64,000 bases of DNA from Candidatus Freyarchaeum deiterrae (lineage in GTDB: Archaea; Asgardarchaeota; Jordiarchaeia; Jordiarchaeales; Jordiarchaeaceae), in contig CP147778.1 in NCBI GenBank assembly GCA_037305845.1, forward strand, positions 64,001-128,000, in the 5' to 3' direction. This document shows positions 39,939-51,267 of this stretch, one piece after another. The notes under the pieces were generated by a model. It saw nothing but the letters and a program-made list of their open reading frames with translations, was not told the DNA's origin and did not search any database. Position 1 is the stretch's first letter; each line of letters starts with the position of its first letter. The translations under genes were made by a program, and so were the position numbers.

Positions 39939-41390
39939 TCATTTTCTTTTTTTTGGGTTTGTTCTTTTTTTATACTCGTACATTTTGGATAATACTTGTG
40001 CCGCGGTTTCCAGTGTGGAGTAGGCGGACACTCTGTTTTCTATAACCTTCTTTAGTGTTGAGGAGTCTGTGGTAACGGTCACCGACACGATGGGTTTATG
40101 GTACTTATCCACTAGGGCTCTTACTTCATCCACAATTACTTTGTTACTAGCTTCTGACCACAATTTGCTCTCTTCCCCTTCTTCTCTGCCTAAAAGTTTG
40201 AATAGGGATGAACCGATATTGCTGGTCAAAATGAATCCTGAGGCAATAGCCATGTCTATGTTCTCCGCTTTCACTACCTCTTCCAAAATTTTTGGTTGAA
40301 CATCTCTGTTTAACAGTCCTACGAGGTCCACCGGGTTGCCTTTGCTCCAGTAGGAGGGAAGAAATTGGTCTATACTCTTAATGGTTTCCGGGGTTAGGGC
40401 GGGTACCTCCAAACCAGCTAATTCGCAGGAGTCCGAGGCGACGACTCCGTATCCCCCGCCCCAGGTTATTATTCCCACCCTGTTTCCTTCGGGCAAGGGT
40501 AGGTACAGGAAGCCTAAGGCGAGGTCCAACATTTCATTTATAGTGGATGCTCTTATTGCTCCTGACTGTTTTATAGCGGCTTCAAATATTTTCGTTGACC
40601 CTGCTAGTGCTCCGCTGTGTGATTTCGCGGCGATCGCTCCGGCCTTTGACACACCAGACTTGTAAATGATGACCGGCTTTTCCTCGGTGATTCTCTTTAC
40701 TGTATCTATGAATTTCCGGCCTTGACGTATACCCTCCGTATATAGGAGTATTACTTTTGATGCGGGGTCTTGGGCGAAGTATTCCATATAATCTAGGATC
40801 GTGATGTCCGCTTCGTTTCCGCTACTGACGAACTTGTCGAAGCCTATTCCCTGAGCGCTGCCGAATGCCAGCAGATTAGTGCCTATGTTTCCACTCTGAG
40901 AAATGAGGGACACCTCACCAGGCTTAGGAAGAATGGGGGGCATCAGAGCGGATAAGCTAGCTTTACCACTGTAAATACCCATAGTGTTGGGTCCCACAAG
41001 CAGCATTCCACCCTTACGGGCGATTGCAGCTATCTCTTTCTCATGTTTTTCTCCTTCCTCTCCGGTCTCTTTGAAGCCTCCAGAGATAACTATTGTAGAT
41101 TTTACGTTGCTCTCTACACACTCTTCAATGTGTTCTGGAACCGTCTCAGCGGGCCTTGCAATGTCAACTAGGTCCACTTCTTCCGGTACGTCTCGGATGC
41201 GGGGGTAAGTCTTTAAGTCCCAAACTTTTTCCTCGTTGGGAGTAATGGGGTAAACTCTACCCTTGTAACCATTAGCCAAAATATTGGCGACTATTAAATT
41301 TCCATATTTGAAAGGATTATTCGTGGCTCCTATTAAAGCAACAGATTTGGGCTCAAAGATTGGACTAAGATCTCTAACGGTTTTACTCAT
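39939..41390 (-). CDS. acdA: Acyl-CoA synthetase (ADP-forming) alpha subunit
   Basis: PKSVALIGA, GPNTMG, SQSG, SGNEAD, SHSGALAG, NPVDL. Confidence 0.9.
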   Translation of the reverse strand: MSKTVRDLSPIFEPKSVALIGATNNPFKYGNLIVANILANGYKGRVYPITPNEEKVWDLKTYPRIRDVPEEVDLVDIARPAETVPEHIEECVESNVKSTIVISGGFKETGEEGEKHEKEIAAIARKGGMLLVGPNTMGIYSGKASLSALMPPILPKPGEVSLISQSGNIGTNLLAFGSAQGIGFDKFVSSGNEADITILDYMEYFAQDPASKVILLYTEGIRQGRKFIDTVKRITEEKPVIIYKSGVSKAGAIAAKSHSGALAGSTKIFEAAIKQSGAIRASTINEMLDLALGFLYLPLPEGNRVGIITWGGGYGVVASDSCELAGLEVPALTPETIKSIDQFLPSYWSKGNPVDLVGLLNRDVQPKILEEVVKAENIDMAIASGFILTSNIGSSLFKLLGREEGEESKLWSEASNKVIVDEVRALVDKYHKPIVSVTVTTDSSTLKKVIENRVSAYSTLETAAQVLSKMYEYKKRTNPKKRK

Positions 41391-41615
41391 AGAAATTCAC
41401 CATTTAATACATAATTTTTGCCGTGGGAAAACAGTAATAACTCAGTTATTTCGAGTAGCGGGGAGCAGTAATTAAATCTTTAGTGTCCTTTAGCTCCTAT
41501 GCTCAGATACTTTTTAAACAGAAGAGAGGTTAAAATCAAAAAAAGGTAATTTAGGATAATGCCGTTTTTGGTTTCACGGAGGATTTTTTTGAAATCTTCT
41601 CTCTTGCATGAATGG

Positions 41616-42317
41616 TTAGATCATATATATTCTGTTTATGCAATGTGATTTATCGAGTTCTAAGAGGTCATAGTCACAATCGTAACCTGTGGATAGTTTA
41701 AAAAGCTGGCATACGAATTGAGCATTAACGCATTTCAGTCCGCCGTCTGAACGTTTTAAAAAGCCCTTATCTTTTGAAGATTGGCATGCATCAATAAAGT
41801 AACACTTCCATAGTACGTCTATAGTTCCATCTTTGTTCTGTTTATATCCTACTTCCTGGTGAGCAATTTTCATAGCAACTGTGGCCTGACGGTACTGGGA
41901 TATAACACCCTCCGCATCAACTTTCCTTTCTGCACTGCCTAGGCTTTTTGACATGCTTCTAGTAGCACCATTTGTACCAACCCGAAGCCCTGCTGCATTT
42001 TGGCCCTCCAATAAGTTTCCCACCTCCATGCCGGCATAAACTATGGCATTGGCTGGAACGGGATATTTGTTGGATATTGAGACTAGGTATTCAGTCAACT
42101 GGCTTACATCTTTAATACCTTCGGGTGGTTTTTCTCCGATTTTTTTGGATGCAAAATTTATAACAGACTTTATGAATAGGGTTGTGTATATAGGTCCGTA
42201 AAATTTTTCGGATTCTTTAATCCCTATCATGCATGCTTCTACGAGGGCTCTGGAGTCAGGAATTTTCTGTGGAACCTTTTCAAACATTTTAAAATCAGAA
42301 ATTTTAAGTTCCGTCAC
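41616..42317 (-). CDS. Uncharacterised Cys-rich protein, paralogue 1 (possibly V4R-like)
   Basis: SDFKMFEKVP N-terminus; WKC..DAC...C...C...CDYD...C. Confidence 0.7.
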   Translation of the reverse strand: MTELKISDFKMFEKVPQKIPDSRALVEACMIGIKESEKFYGPIYTTLFIKSVINFASKKIGEKPPEGIKDVSQLTEYLVSISNKYPVPANAIVYAGMEVGNLLEGQNAAGLRVGTNGATRSMSKSLGSAERKVDAEGVISQYRQATVAMKIAHQEVGYKQNKDGTIDVLWKCYFIDACQSSKDKGFLKRSDGGLKCVNAQFVCQLFKLSTGYDCDYDLLELDKSHCINRIYMI

Positions 42318-42690
42318 TCTCTAACACCTCGCTTACTACCATTATATATGTGATAATATATGAACGCCTTAGTATAAAAAAATTATCGAGATTTTATTAA
42401 TTATGAAAACGAATTAATTTTCATTAAAATATCAGTTTATAATCCCAATTTTTTAATGTTTCATTATTTTGGAAGGTTACATTTACGAGAAGCAATTTTT
42501 TTCTTAAAATTTTTAACCAAAATGGAAACCTGATGAATTAAGCATATTGCTACAAAAAATGCATTTAGTTAATACTCCCAAAGCATGTTGTTCTATAATG
42601 GGAATTTGGGCACTCAAAAAATATGGGGGGGTTCAAGGAGTTTGGATAGATGTGGGTATTTGAAACTGGACTCGTTTTAAATAAGAATTT

Positions 42691-43245
42691 TTATTTTAGC
42701 AATGGTTGTGCTTCTTTGAACTCTTTGTTCTTTGCGTCCCTTAGCAACTCGTATATTAGCATCTCTGTGGATGAAATTATGGCTCCATTGTCCCTCATTC
42801 TTTCCAAGCCTACCTGCCAGTTCTCTTTTGTGCGGGAAGAGATTGCGTCCGAGATCACGCAGGCTTTAATACTCTTATCCATGGCGTCTAGGGCGGTTTG
42901 ATTTACACACACGTGGGACTCGATTCCTGCAATAATTAGGGTAGTTATTTTATTTTTTTGTAGTAGTTCTTTGAAGCCTTCTGCTCCGAAGCAGTTGAAA
43001 GCGGTTTTCTCAATGGGAACAACTTCGGGGATTTTGTCTTTTATTTGTTTGATTGTTCGGCCTAGACCCTTTGGGTACTGTTCTGTTAGAATTATGGGTA
43101 GCTTAACTATTTTTGCGAAGTCGATAAGTTTCAAAATGTTCCCAGCAAATTTTTCCTGATCCTGCATCACAGCGAATAATTTTTCTTGAACATCAATTAT
43201 TAAAAGAGAAGCGTTTTCCGAAGTTAATAGTCTTGACTTCGACAT
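42691..43245 (-). CDS. Isochorismatase-family hydrolase
   Basis: IIDVQEK, TEQYPKGLG, GIESHVCV.QT. Confidence 0.93.
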   Translation of the reverse strand: MSKSRLLTSENASLLIIDVQEKLFAVMQDQEKFAGNILKLIDFAKIVKLPIILTEQYPKGLGRTIKQIKDKIPEVVPIEKTAFNCFGAEGFKELLQKNKITTLIIAGIESHVCVNQTALDAMDKSIKACVISDAISSRTKENWQVGLERMRDNGAIISSTEMLIYELLRDAKNKEFKEAQPLLK

Positions 43246-43289
43246 CTTCGTTAACCCTCCTAAAAATTCTCAGAGAATATTTAATTAGT

Positions 43290-44174
43290 TTACTTATAAG
43301 AATCACGCGTTCTCATGAATTTTTCCTTTAATTTAGTAGCTTCTCCTCTCTCGGAGAGTATATCAAGGTGTTTTTTTATCATCTGAGCTTCCCAGTAATC
43401 CAGAATATTCTTTGCGTAGGGCTTCTTCTTATAGAAGGGTGATATAGCTACCAGTTCCTCTAAGGTTCTTGGGGTGTCGAGTAATTTTAGCAGGATTTCG
43501 TTTCTTTTCTCAAAGATTTCTAGATAGTTCTGCAGCTCCTCAGTTATTTTTTCTCTTCCGAAAACTGGTTCCTCATGTCCTGATACAAAAATCTCGGCGT
43601 CTAAATCAATTACTTTCTCAATGGATTTCATGAATTCTTTGATGTTGCTTTCCCGGTGCCCGTACCATGGACCGAAGGAAGTTAAATCAATATCAGAGCC
43701 GAAAACTATTCTACCGTCTATGAGAAAAACATGTAGGTCGTCGGTGTGTCCGGGAATATGAATTGCCGTTACTTCGGGCTCTTTGAGTATTATGTCACCA
43801 TCGGCGTAATGGTCAGCTCTGAAATCCCGTACACCAATAGTATTTTTCACAAAACGCTTCCAATCATCCCTTAAACTTTCATCAATGAACCTGTTTGCGA
43901 GTGATTCCAGATTTGTTTCAAAACCCTCAGGCGACAGAACCGTTTTACCTTTCTCGTTAAAAATCCAGGCTCCCGCACAGTGATCGGGATGATTGTGAGT
44001 TAGTGCCGCAAATTCAACCTTGTCTACCAATTCCTTGACGATTTCAATTCCAACTCCCAAGTCTAAGATAACCTTGCTCTTTATGATAAGTGAATTGGAA
44101 AAAGGAAAAATAGCCCGGTGTTCACCCTTCACAAGGAAAATTTTGGGTTCTATCTCCACTGTTTCAAGTAGCAT
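43290..44174 (-). CDS. MBL-fold metallohydrolase
   Basis: THNHPDH, PGHT, DIDLTSFGPWYG, SGH; start set at MLLETV. Confidence 0.88.
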   Translation of the reverse strand: MLLETVEIEPKIFLVKGEHRAIFPFSNSLIIKSKVILDLGVGIEIVKELVDKVEFAALTHNHPDHCAGAWIFNEKGKTVLSPEGFETNLESLANRFIDESLRDDWKRFVKNTIGVRDFRADHYADGDIILKEPEVTAIHIPGHTDDLHVFLIDGRIVFGSDIDLTSFGPWYGHRESNIKEFMKSIEKVIDLDAEIFVSGHEEPVFGREKITEELQNYLEIFEKRNEILLKLLDTPRTLEELVAISPFYKKKPYAKNILDYWEAQMIKKHLDILSERGEATKLKEKFMRTRDSYK

Positions 44175-44338
44175 GCTCTCACAGTAGTCGGGCAAAATTT
44201 TAAAGCTTCGGATAAGTAGCTGTGAAAAATTAAAAAAAGTCAAGAAAACCAACGGTTTTTGTTTAGAAATTTGGAAAAAAATATTCTTGTAGGCTTCCAT
44301 TTTGTGATTGCTTTGTAGTCCCTTGATCCTATTTATGA

Positions 44339-45040
44339 TTAGACCATTAAGAACTTCTGTGCACAATATGGTTTGTCAAACTCTTCCAATTCGTAGTCCC
44401 ATTCGCAACCAGTGATTAGTTTAAAGAGTCTGCATGCAGTTGCGCCGCTAGAGCATCTCATCTTGCCATTTGGGCGTATCAATAATTTCTCTTTGGAGGC
44501 TTCTCGGCAAGCGTCAAGAGTTGGGCAAACTTTCCAGAGTAGGTAAAAAGCTTCGTTTCCATCTTTAAGATATCCCATTTCTTTGGGACTGACTTTCAGG
44601 GCAACCATGGTCTGGTTAAACTTTAGTGCAATGCCTGCTATGTCAACATTTTTGTCTCGAGCACATGCTCCTTCCGCTAACTTTTTACCAACACCTATGA
44701 CCTCAACCTGGGTTCCGGCTCCCGTTCTACCCTGTAAATCGCTTTCGGTTTTGACTTGGGCATATGAAATTGCACACCAAGTGTAGGGATACTTATCGGT
44801 TTTTTGAATTAGATACTCGCCTAACTGCTCCAGGGTTTTAATGTTTGGGGGTGATATTTCTCCAGTTTTTTTAGAGATGAACTGTAAAGCATAATTTATT
44901 AATTTGTTTGTGAATACGGGGCCGTATGTTTTTTCTACTTCTGTTACTCCCTTTAAAGCTAGGTCTATAATGGTTTTGGCATCTGGTTTATCGTATGGAG
45001 CCTTTTCAAACATTTTAAAATCTGATACGTTTATTCTCAC
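44339..45040 (-). CDS. Uncharacterised Cys-rich protein, paralogue 2
   Basis: SDFKMFEKAP; WKVCP..DAC...C...C...CEWDY...C. Confidence 0.7.
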   Translation of the reverse strand: MRINVSDFKMFEKAPYDKPDAKTIIDLALKGVTEVEKTYGPVFTNKLINYALQFISKKTGEISPPNIKTLEQLGEYLIQKTDKYPYTWCAISYAQVKTESDLQGRTGAGTQVEVIGVGKKLAEGACARDKNVDIAGIALKFNQTMVALKVSPKEMGYLKDGNEAFYLLWKVCPTLDACREASKEKLLIRPNGKMRCSSGATACRLFKLITGCEWDYELEEFDKPYCAQKFLMV

Positions 45041-45502
45041 CCACACACCTCACATTGGAAGTATTTTATAGAAGATAGATATTATTATATTTTTCTCAAT
45101 ATAAAAACATTTTTGTGAAAATTGTATAATATTTAACGGAAAATTTTGCGAAAAACATATTTTTTTTGCGAAAATGAAATTCACTATTCTCTATTGTGAT
45201 TGTTAAAGATTGAGTAAAATCATATCTATAAAACGGAGTATTAAAAGAGTAATTAAGACAGATTTGGCTTTATGCATTTTTTATTTGTCCAAAATGATTA
45301 GCATTTTTCTGGATTGCCTGACATTAGAGGAGAGCTATAGTTCCTTGTTAAGGGTTTGTTTTTGTTTCTTAATTTTCTCGGATGATTTGATGAGTATCAA
45401 GTTCGATCTCTTATTTTAAGAAATCATATTTCAGGATATGTTATTCAAAAGGCTTAAGTACGAGTTTAAACAAATTTCTGAAACAGTTCATAAAAACGAC
45501 TC

Positions 45503-46657
45503 TTGGAGGGAGTACAAACGAGCTTGAAAAAGAAGACCCGTGTTTTGAGAGAGAAGGAAACGACTAAGAAAAAGGGAGTTAGTAAAGTTAGTGAAAAAAA
45601 AGGCGTTTCCAAGCCTCTGGATCTGGAATTAGAAGACCTAAAGCCGAAAAATTTGGACAAACCCCACTATAATGACTGGTACTCTGTAATAAATTTCCAG
45701 CACGAAGGAAAAGAGTGTCTGGCGAAATTTGCCATCACTGAAGGGACACTTATGGGTCAGAATACCAAATTACACTTTGCGGAGGGACCGGTGTCCCTTA
45801 AAAAAGAGGGAGATGCGCAGGTATTAGAAGAAAATACTAACGAAATAAACAAAATTAAACCGATGGAAGCAAACGCTTTCAAGTACAGCGAAAGCAGCGA
45901 TGCGATAAAAGTGGAATTGGGAGATTTTACAGCCATCTGTAAAAAGAACGAGCGAAAAATAATTTCCAAAGATGAAAATCTTGGTGGTGAATTAACCTTT
46001 ACACCTAGGGGCCCTCCTCTCTGGTGGGGTGGGAATAAAAATGCGTTGTGTCAAATAACCGAAAATACTGGAGTCTCGGGAGCGGAAACTTTAAACGACG
46101 TTAAAGGAAAGTTGGTCGTTAATGGGGAAGAGGTTGAGGTTGAGGGTAGGGGTCTTTTTGAGCGTGTATGGTTTGGATCGTTGAATTTTTTGGAGCTTAG
46201 GCAGGTGGACTGGATTTATTCGAATTTTGATCAGGCGTACATGTTTTTCTGTCCTGTTGAATCGGTTACAAGTGATGGTCGACCGAGCCGCTTTGTAACT
46301 GGAGAGATTTACATAATATCGGAAGATGACTATTTAATTGCCAGAGAAGTTCAGGTCATGCCTGAGAATTGGGTTTATGTAAAAGCCGCCTACAAATTTA
46401 TACCCACGCAACACAAAGTTAAGGTGAAAACAGACAAGGGAGAACTGGAAATGAAAGCAACTCTCTCAGCGTATCCGCAATTCTCCCAGACCAGAAGAGT
46501 TGACTTCCTGACCCTTCAAAACATAACAGGCTGGTACGTACTGTTCTTTGAACCTCCAACGGTGTTCGAAGGCAAATTCACATATAATGACGGCAAAACC
46601 ATTGAATTAACCAATGGGCAGGGAATGAATGAACAAATCAGAGTATCCCCACTTTAA
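45503..46657 (+). CDS. Hypothetical protein, AttH/lipocalin-like beta-barrel hydratase fold suspected
   Basis: YNDWY, GRGLFERVW, DWIY pattern; start uncertain. Confidence 0.55.
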   Translation: MEGVQTSLKKKTRVLREKETTKKKGVSKVSEKKGVSKPLDLELEDLKPKNLDKPHYNDWYSVINFQHEGKECLAKFAITEGTLMGQNTKLHFAEGPVSLKKEGDAQVLEENTNEINKIKPMEANAFKYSESSDAIKVELGDFTAICKKNERKIISKDENLGGELTFTPRGPPLWWGGNKNALCQITENTGVSGAETLNDVKGKLVVNGEEVEVEGRGLFERVWFGSLNFLELRQVDWIYSNFDQAYMFFCPVESVTSDGRPSRFVTGEIYIISEDDYLIAREVQVMPENWVYVKAAYKFIPTQHKVKVKTDKGELEMKATLSAYPQFSQTRRVDFLTLQNITGWYVLFFEPPTVFEGKFTYNDGKTIELTNGQGMNEQIRVSPL

Positions 46658-46904
46658 ATAAGGCTAAGTATGCTCCATGCATAATTTTTTTTATTATAAC
46701 TCCTTCTTTTTTTATTTCAATTTTTGAAATAGTCTGGGCGAGTTCTTGTCATGATTATCTTTTTATAATGAGATTTCTTAATCGTACGCCTGCAGACGTT
46801 TTTCTTCATGTGTATTTCAAAGAAAGTAGGGCATAATCAATTTGTCAGCGAGTATAAAATAGGATTCTGAAGCATTTGTGAGGGTTTTGGATCGGTTATT
46901 TTTT

Positions 46905-49205
46905 TTATTCCGTCTTAGAAAGGCTGTGTATGGATTCCACATTGAAATCATCCTCTAGCTTTATATTCTCGGAGGATGCACCAATCATTACTTTGAAGAG
47001 GCCAGGTTCCACGGCGAATCTGCCTTTATCTCGATATACCGCTAGATCTTCTATGTTCAGCGTGAAGGTAAGCCTTTTGCTTTCATCTGGCTTCAGACAT
47101 AGTCGCTCAAACCCTTTCAGTTCTTTAATTGGTGTTACTCTTGAACTGCATACGTCGTTGACATAGAGTTGGACTACTTCATCCCCTGCTTTTTCTCCAG
47201 CGTTCCTAACCGTTACGGATACGTTGACTCTGCCCTCAACGCCGACCTTTTTGGGAGAAACTTCAAGGTCACTGTATTCGAAACGGGTGTAGCTTAAGCC
47301 GTGTCCGAACTCGTAGAGCGGCGCGTATGCTGGTGGGTGAATCTCTCTGAAGGGTCTAGTCTTATAGTTATATCTCGCCGGTATTTGGCCCACCGACCTT
47401 GGTATGGAGATAGGAAGCTTCCCTCCGGGGTTATAGTCTCCGAATAGCACATCTGCTATTGCCGTGCCGCCTTCTAAGCCGGGGTAGAAAGCTACTAGGA
47501 GTGCAGGTATGTTCTCAGCTATCCACCTCACAGTCAGAGGTCTACCCGCTAACAAAACCACAATGGTAGGTGTGCCCGTCTCATGTATCGCATTAACTAG
47601 TTTTAACTGAGCATCCGGCAGCTCCAAAATAGCTCTGGAGGGAAATGCATCGAGTCTAGATAAAAGCTTTTGTTTCAACTCTTTTGTCGGCTCGGCGCTC
47701 GGTAAACCTGTGTCAAGGCTTATGGTAGCCGCTAAATCCGCCAAATTCCAAAACTCGTGCATGTAAGCATATTCACCGAGTACAGCTACTGCGACATCCG
47801 CTCCTTTCGCCTTCTCTTTAACCTCATCCAAATTCTCGAGCTCGTTGTAGCCGGCACCCTTCATGTAGGAAACTTCTGTTCTAGATGAAACTTTAGTTTT
47901 TATAGCTTCCAAAACGGTCATCGCTGAGGGCCAAGGACCTAAATGGTTTGTCCAGCCACCTAGGAGCCCTTCAAGGTTATCAGCGTTAGGTCCAGTTACC
48001 AGTATGGAGTTTAGATTCTTTTTTAGGGGTAGAAGGTTTTCGTTTTTGAGTAGTACTATGCTTTTTCTTGATGCTTGTAAAGCTAGCTCTTTGTGCTTGC
48101 TGCTTCCCACAATCTTTGTTGTTTTCTCTGGATCTACGTAGACTTTGTTGAACAGGTCTAATCTGAATTTTACCCCTAGTATTCTTCTTACTGATGTGTC
48201 TATTCTCCTCTCGGATACCTCGCCTTCATTGACCAGCTCTAGGAGAGCTTGATAGAACCTGGCTCCCCCTATTGAATCTATATCTAAACCAGCTTCCACT
48301 GCCTGTTTAACTGCATCCTTGTAGCTTTCAGCGGTTCTGTGGTATCTGTAGAGCATTTCTACTCCTCCCCAATCTGATACCACTATACCCCTGAAGCCGA
48401 GTAAATTTCTGAGGAGCTCAGTGAGGTATTCATAAGAGCCGTGGGCAGGCTTGCCGTTTATCTCATTGTAGCAGGGCATTACGGAGAGGACTCCTGACCT
48501 TACAGCGGCTTCGAAGGATGGAAGATGAATGGTGTGAAACGTGTACTCTGAGACGTCTACGGGTGCAGCGTCTTCCCCACCTTCGGGAGAGCTGTAAGCG
48601 GGGAAGTGTTTAGCAGTAGCCGCTAAATGTTCATCGTCAACTCTGAAGCCTTCTCCTCCCTGGTAGCCACGCACCATAGCTGCAGCCATGACGGAGCATA
48701 GGTAGGGGCTTTCACCGAAGGTCTCGTAAGTTCTACCCCACCGGGGGTCCCTGGCGATATCGCAAACAGGGTTCAGATTCTGATGTATGCCGGTAGCTCT
48801 TGTTTCTCCAGCGGTTGCCCCTGCTACTTTAGTTGAAAAATCTGGATCCCAGGTTGAAGCCATGCCTAGATTGTGAGGAAAAACCGTGGTTCCCTTAACA
48901 AAGGCGTGGCCGTGGTCTGCATCAGTGTAGAGTAGGAGAGGTATGCCTAGCCGACTCTTCTCCACAGCGTAGCTCTGGAAAACATTGACGATGTTAACAA
49001 GGTCTGTGGCTTTCTCCCAAAAAAGAAACGGGGCTCCAGCTCCCGCATGATATTTTTCAACTGCTTCTAAGGCGATTTCGGGGCTCAGGATGAAGAAGCC
49101 GGTCATCTGCCCTATTTTTTCTTCTAGGCTCATCTTGGAGAGTAGATCTTCAACTCTCTCCTCTATAGGTATACTACTATCCCGGTACACATCGGTCAAA
49201 TCCAA
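46905..49205 (-). CDS. GH3 beta-glucosidase/xylosidase
   Basis: RDPRWGR.YETFGE, KHF, VSDW nucleophile, FGHGLSYT, Fn3 domain. Confidence 0.95.
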   Translation of the reverse strand: MDLTDVYRDSSIPIEERVEDLLSKMSLEEKIGQMTGFFILSPEIALEAVEKYHAGAGAPFLFWEKATDLVNIVNVFQSYAVEKSRLGIPLLLYTDADHGHAFVKGTTVFPHNLGMASTWDPDFSTKVAGATAGETRATGIHQNLNPVCDIARDPRWGRTYETFGESPYLCSVMAAAMVRGYQGGEGFRVDDEHLAATAKHFPAYSSPEGGEDAAPVDVSEYTFHTIHLPSFEAAVRSGVLSVMPCYNEINGKPAHGSYEYLTELLRNLLGFRGIVVSDWGGVEMLYRYHRTAESYKDAVKQAVEAGLDIDSIGGARFYQALLELVNEGEVSERRIDTSVRRILGVKFRLDLFNKVYVDPEKTTKIVGSSKHKELALQASRKSIVLLKNENLLPLKKNLNSILVTGPNADNLEGLLGGWTNHLGPWPSAMTVLEAIKTKVSSRTEVSYMKGAGYNELENLDEVKEKAKGADVAVAVLGEYAYMHEFWNLADLAATISLDTGLPSAEPTKELKQKLLSRLDAFPSRAILELPDAQLKLVNAIHETGTPTIVVLLAGRPLTVRWIAENIPALLVAFYPGLEGGTAIADVLFGDYNPGGKLPISIPRSVGQIPARYNYKTRPFREIHPPAYAPLYEFGHGLSYTRFEYSDLEVSPKKVGVEGRVNVSVTVRNAGEKAGDEVVQLYVNDVCSSRVTPIKELKGFERLCLKPDESKRLTFTLNIEDLAVYRDKGRFAVEPGLFKVMIGASSENIKLEDDFNVESIHSLSKTE

Positions 49206-49294
49206 ACACCCGACTTTGATGATAGTTAAAATTATTTAAGGTCTTAATCAGAGTAAATGATGACAGCACGCGGGAAATAGGGCACTGTTACTTT

Positions 49295-49936
49295 TTAATC
49301 AATCCACTTTTTGCAAATGTTGACACCTGCAACAGCATCAGGGGCGTAGGCGTCTGCACCTATCTTTTTGGCGTAGACTTCGTTCAAAGCCGCTCCACCG
49401 ACTATAATCTTAACCTGACTTCTCAGGCCCTCCTCTTTGAGCTCCTTCATTATGTTATCCAATTCTAGCATTGTGACTGTTAGCAAGGCTGATAATCCCA
49501 AGATTTGGGGTTTTTGTTCGCGCACCGCTTCCGCGAATTTTTCCGCGGGTACGTTAACGCCGAGGTCGATTACTTCGAATCCCGCTGCAATCAGGAGAGT
49601 GACGAAAATGTTTTTTCCTATGTCATGAAGGTCTCCTTTAACAGTGCCGACAACGATTCTTCCCAGCATTTTAACATCTGAATCTTTGAGATAAGGCTCT
49701 AATATTTTCATGCCTTCCTTCATTACTTCCCCAGCCATAATGAGTTCAGCTAGGAAGTACTCTTTCACCTCATATTTCTGCCCGACGATATCCATACCTT
49801 TGGCCATTCCCTCTGTGACAGCCTTAATTGGAGGAATCCCTTTAGTTAATGCATCTTTACAGGCTTGTTTTGCGCCTTCGATATCCAAGTCTACCACACT
49901 GTCTCTTAACCTTCTTAAAACGTCGTCCTTACTCAT
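49295..49936 (-). CDS. Methyltransferase corrinoid protein (MtaC/MtbC-like)
   Basis: Cap domain plus GTVKGDLHDIGKN, SALL, VGGA. Confidence 0.93.
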   Translation of the reverse strand: MSKDDVLRRLRDSVVDLDIEGAKQACKDALTKGIPPIKAVTEGMAKGMDIVGQKYEVKEYFLAELIMAGEVMKEGMKILEPYLKDSDVKMLGRIVVGTVKGDLHDIGKNIFVTLLIAAGFEVIDLGVNVPAEKFAEAVREQKPQILGLSALLTVTMLELDNIMKELKEEGLRSQVKIIVGGAALNEVYAKKIGADAYAPDAVAGVNICKKWID

Positions 49937-49942
49937 TCCGAA

Positions 49943-50248
49943 TCACCAATGGACTGAATCTGAGGCTTTACCCTTCATAACAGCATCGGTTTCGTCTGGT
50001 TCAAGGGTTTTTCTGACACCAATTTTGTAGTGCCAGTCGAAAAGACACCATCTGATGAGCTTAATCTTTTTGCCCTTTAAGTTGTTCGGCAGGATTACAT
50101 GGGGGGTTCTCTTTGAGAAGCCGGTTAGTTCGAGGCTGAAAATGCATTTCTCCCAAGTATTTCCTTCTTCGTCTTTTTTCGTTTCACCGGTTTTTTCGAC
50201 TTCCAAAACTGTGCCCTGCAGCATCCTTATTTCTTGCTTAGACGGCAT
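49943..50248 (-). CDS. Conserved archaeal hypothetical protein
   Basis: WEKCIF.LE...FSKR...RWC.FDWHY; SD present; 6 nt from the corrinoid gene. Confidence 0.7.
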   Translation of the reverse strand: MPSKQEIRMLQGTVLEVEKTGETKKDEEGNTWEKCIFSLELTGFSKRTPHVILPNNLKGKKIKLIRWCLFDWHYKIGVRKTLEPDETDAVMKGKASDSVHW

Positions 50249-50446
50249 TCTTTTTTCTCCTACCTTCCTTTCAATATTTTTCTATTCTCCCTTTAAATAC
50301 TTTCCACAAACTTTACGCCTTTCATAAGAGAATAAAATCTCACAATCACATCTCGACAACAAATATCAATAACAGAATCCTCAAACTTATATATCATACT
50401 TGGATAAGAAACAGAAGGAAGCCGACTTAATCATGGTGTGTTAGCA

Positions 50447-50530
50447 ATGAAGCCACGTGAAAGGGTACTAAGAGCTTTCATGCATGAAGAACCTCAGAGG
50501 AAGCCGCCCAAGAGGTGAGAAGGGTCATAG
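50447..50530 (+). pseudogene. Internally deleted UroD/MtaA remnant
   Basis: MKPRERVLRAFMHEEP (cf. 59352), fused to sequence resembling 60261-60302. Confidence 0.65.
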
Positions 50531-50739
50531 ACATGGAGGGACATAACAAACAATTACAAGAAGTGGTTAACGAAGTTGTATCTGAGAAACTGAAATTTGA
50601 GGATGAAATAGAAGCATTAGACAACAGAGTTAAATGGCTTAAGGAGTTGGCATAAGATTCACATAGCATCATGAAGTTAGCGGGTTCAATAAAAAGGATG
50701 AAAGAAAAGAAAGAATAAGAGGAAGAAGTGCATCCAACA

Positions 50740-51267
50740 TTAAAAGCTGAGAAGTTCCTTAGCGAATTTCCTGATACCGTGGTAGTATGCTGCCCCCCAG
50801 AGACGGGTTTTCTTGCAATAGTAAATTTTCTTTTCTTTAAGGGAAACAATTACTGGGAACTCCATGGCCGCAGTAAAATGTTCTTCCATTAATGTGTTTT
50901 CTATCCATTTTTTCACTTCAGGCTCAAAATCTTCAGAGACAACGACTGGAAAAGAAAATAAGCCTCCCCCAAACCATAATGGAGGAATAATTGATTTACG
51001 GTTATCAAATGCGAATTTAGTTGAAACTGATGAAAAATCACGTAAAACCTCGCTGTTTACCTTATCCATTGAGGTTACAAAAATAAATCTTGCTACCTTA
51101 CTACCACCAAATTTTGAAAGCTCAAAAGAAGCCTTTACGGCTATTAAATCTAATTGGTATGGCGGAATTGGAATCTTCCACATTATTCCGAATCCTTTAC
51201 TTCTCAACTTTTTCTCAAGATTCTCTAAATAAGTAGTATACCCTTCCATTCCCGTCACATTCCCCAT
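50740..51267 (-). CDS. Hypothetical protein
   Basis: 175-aa ORF. Confidence 0.65.
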   Translation of the reverse strand: MGNVTGMEGYTTYLENLEKKLRSKGFGIMWKIPIPPYQLDLIAVKASFELSKFGGSKVARFIFVTSMDKVNSEVLRDFSSVSTKFAFDNRKSIIPPLWFGGGLFSFPVVVSEDFEPEVKKWIENTLMEEHFTAAMEFPVIVSLKEKKIYYCKKTRLWGAAYYHGIRKFAKELLSF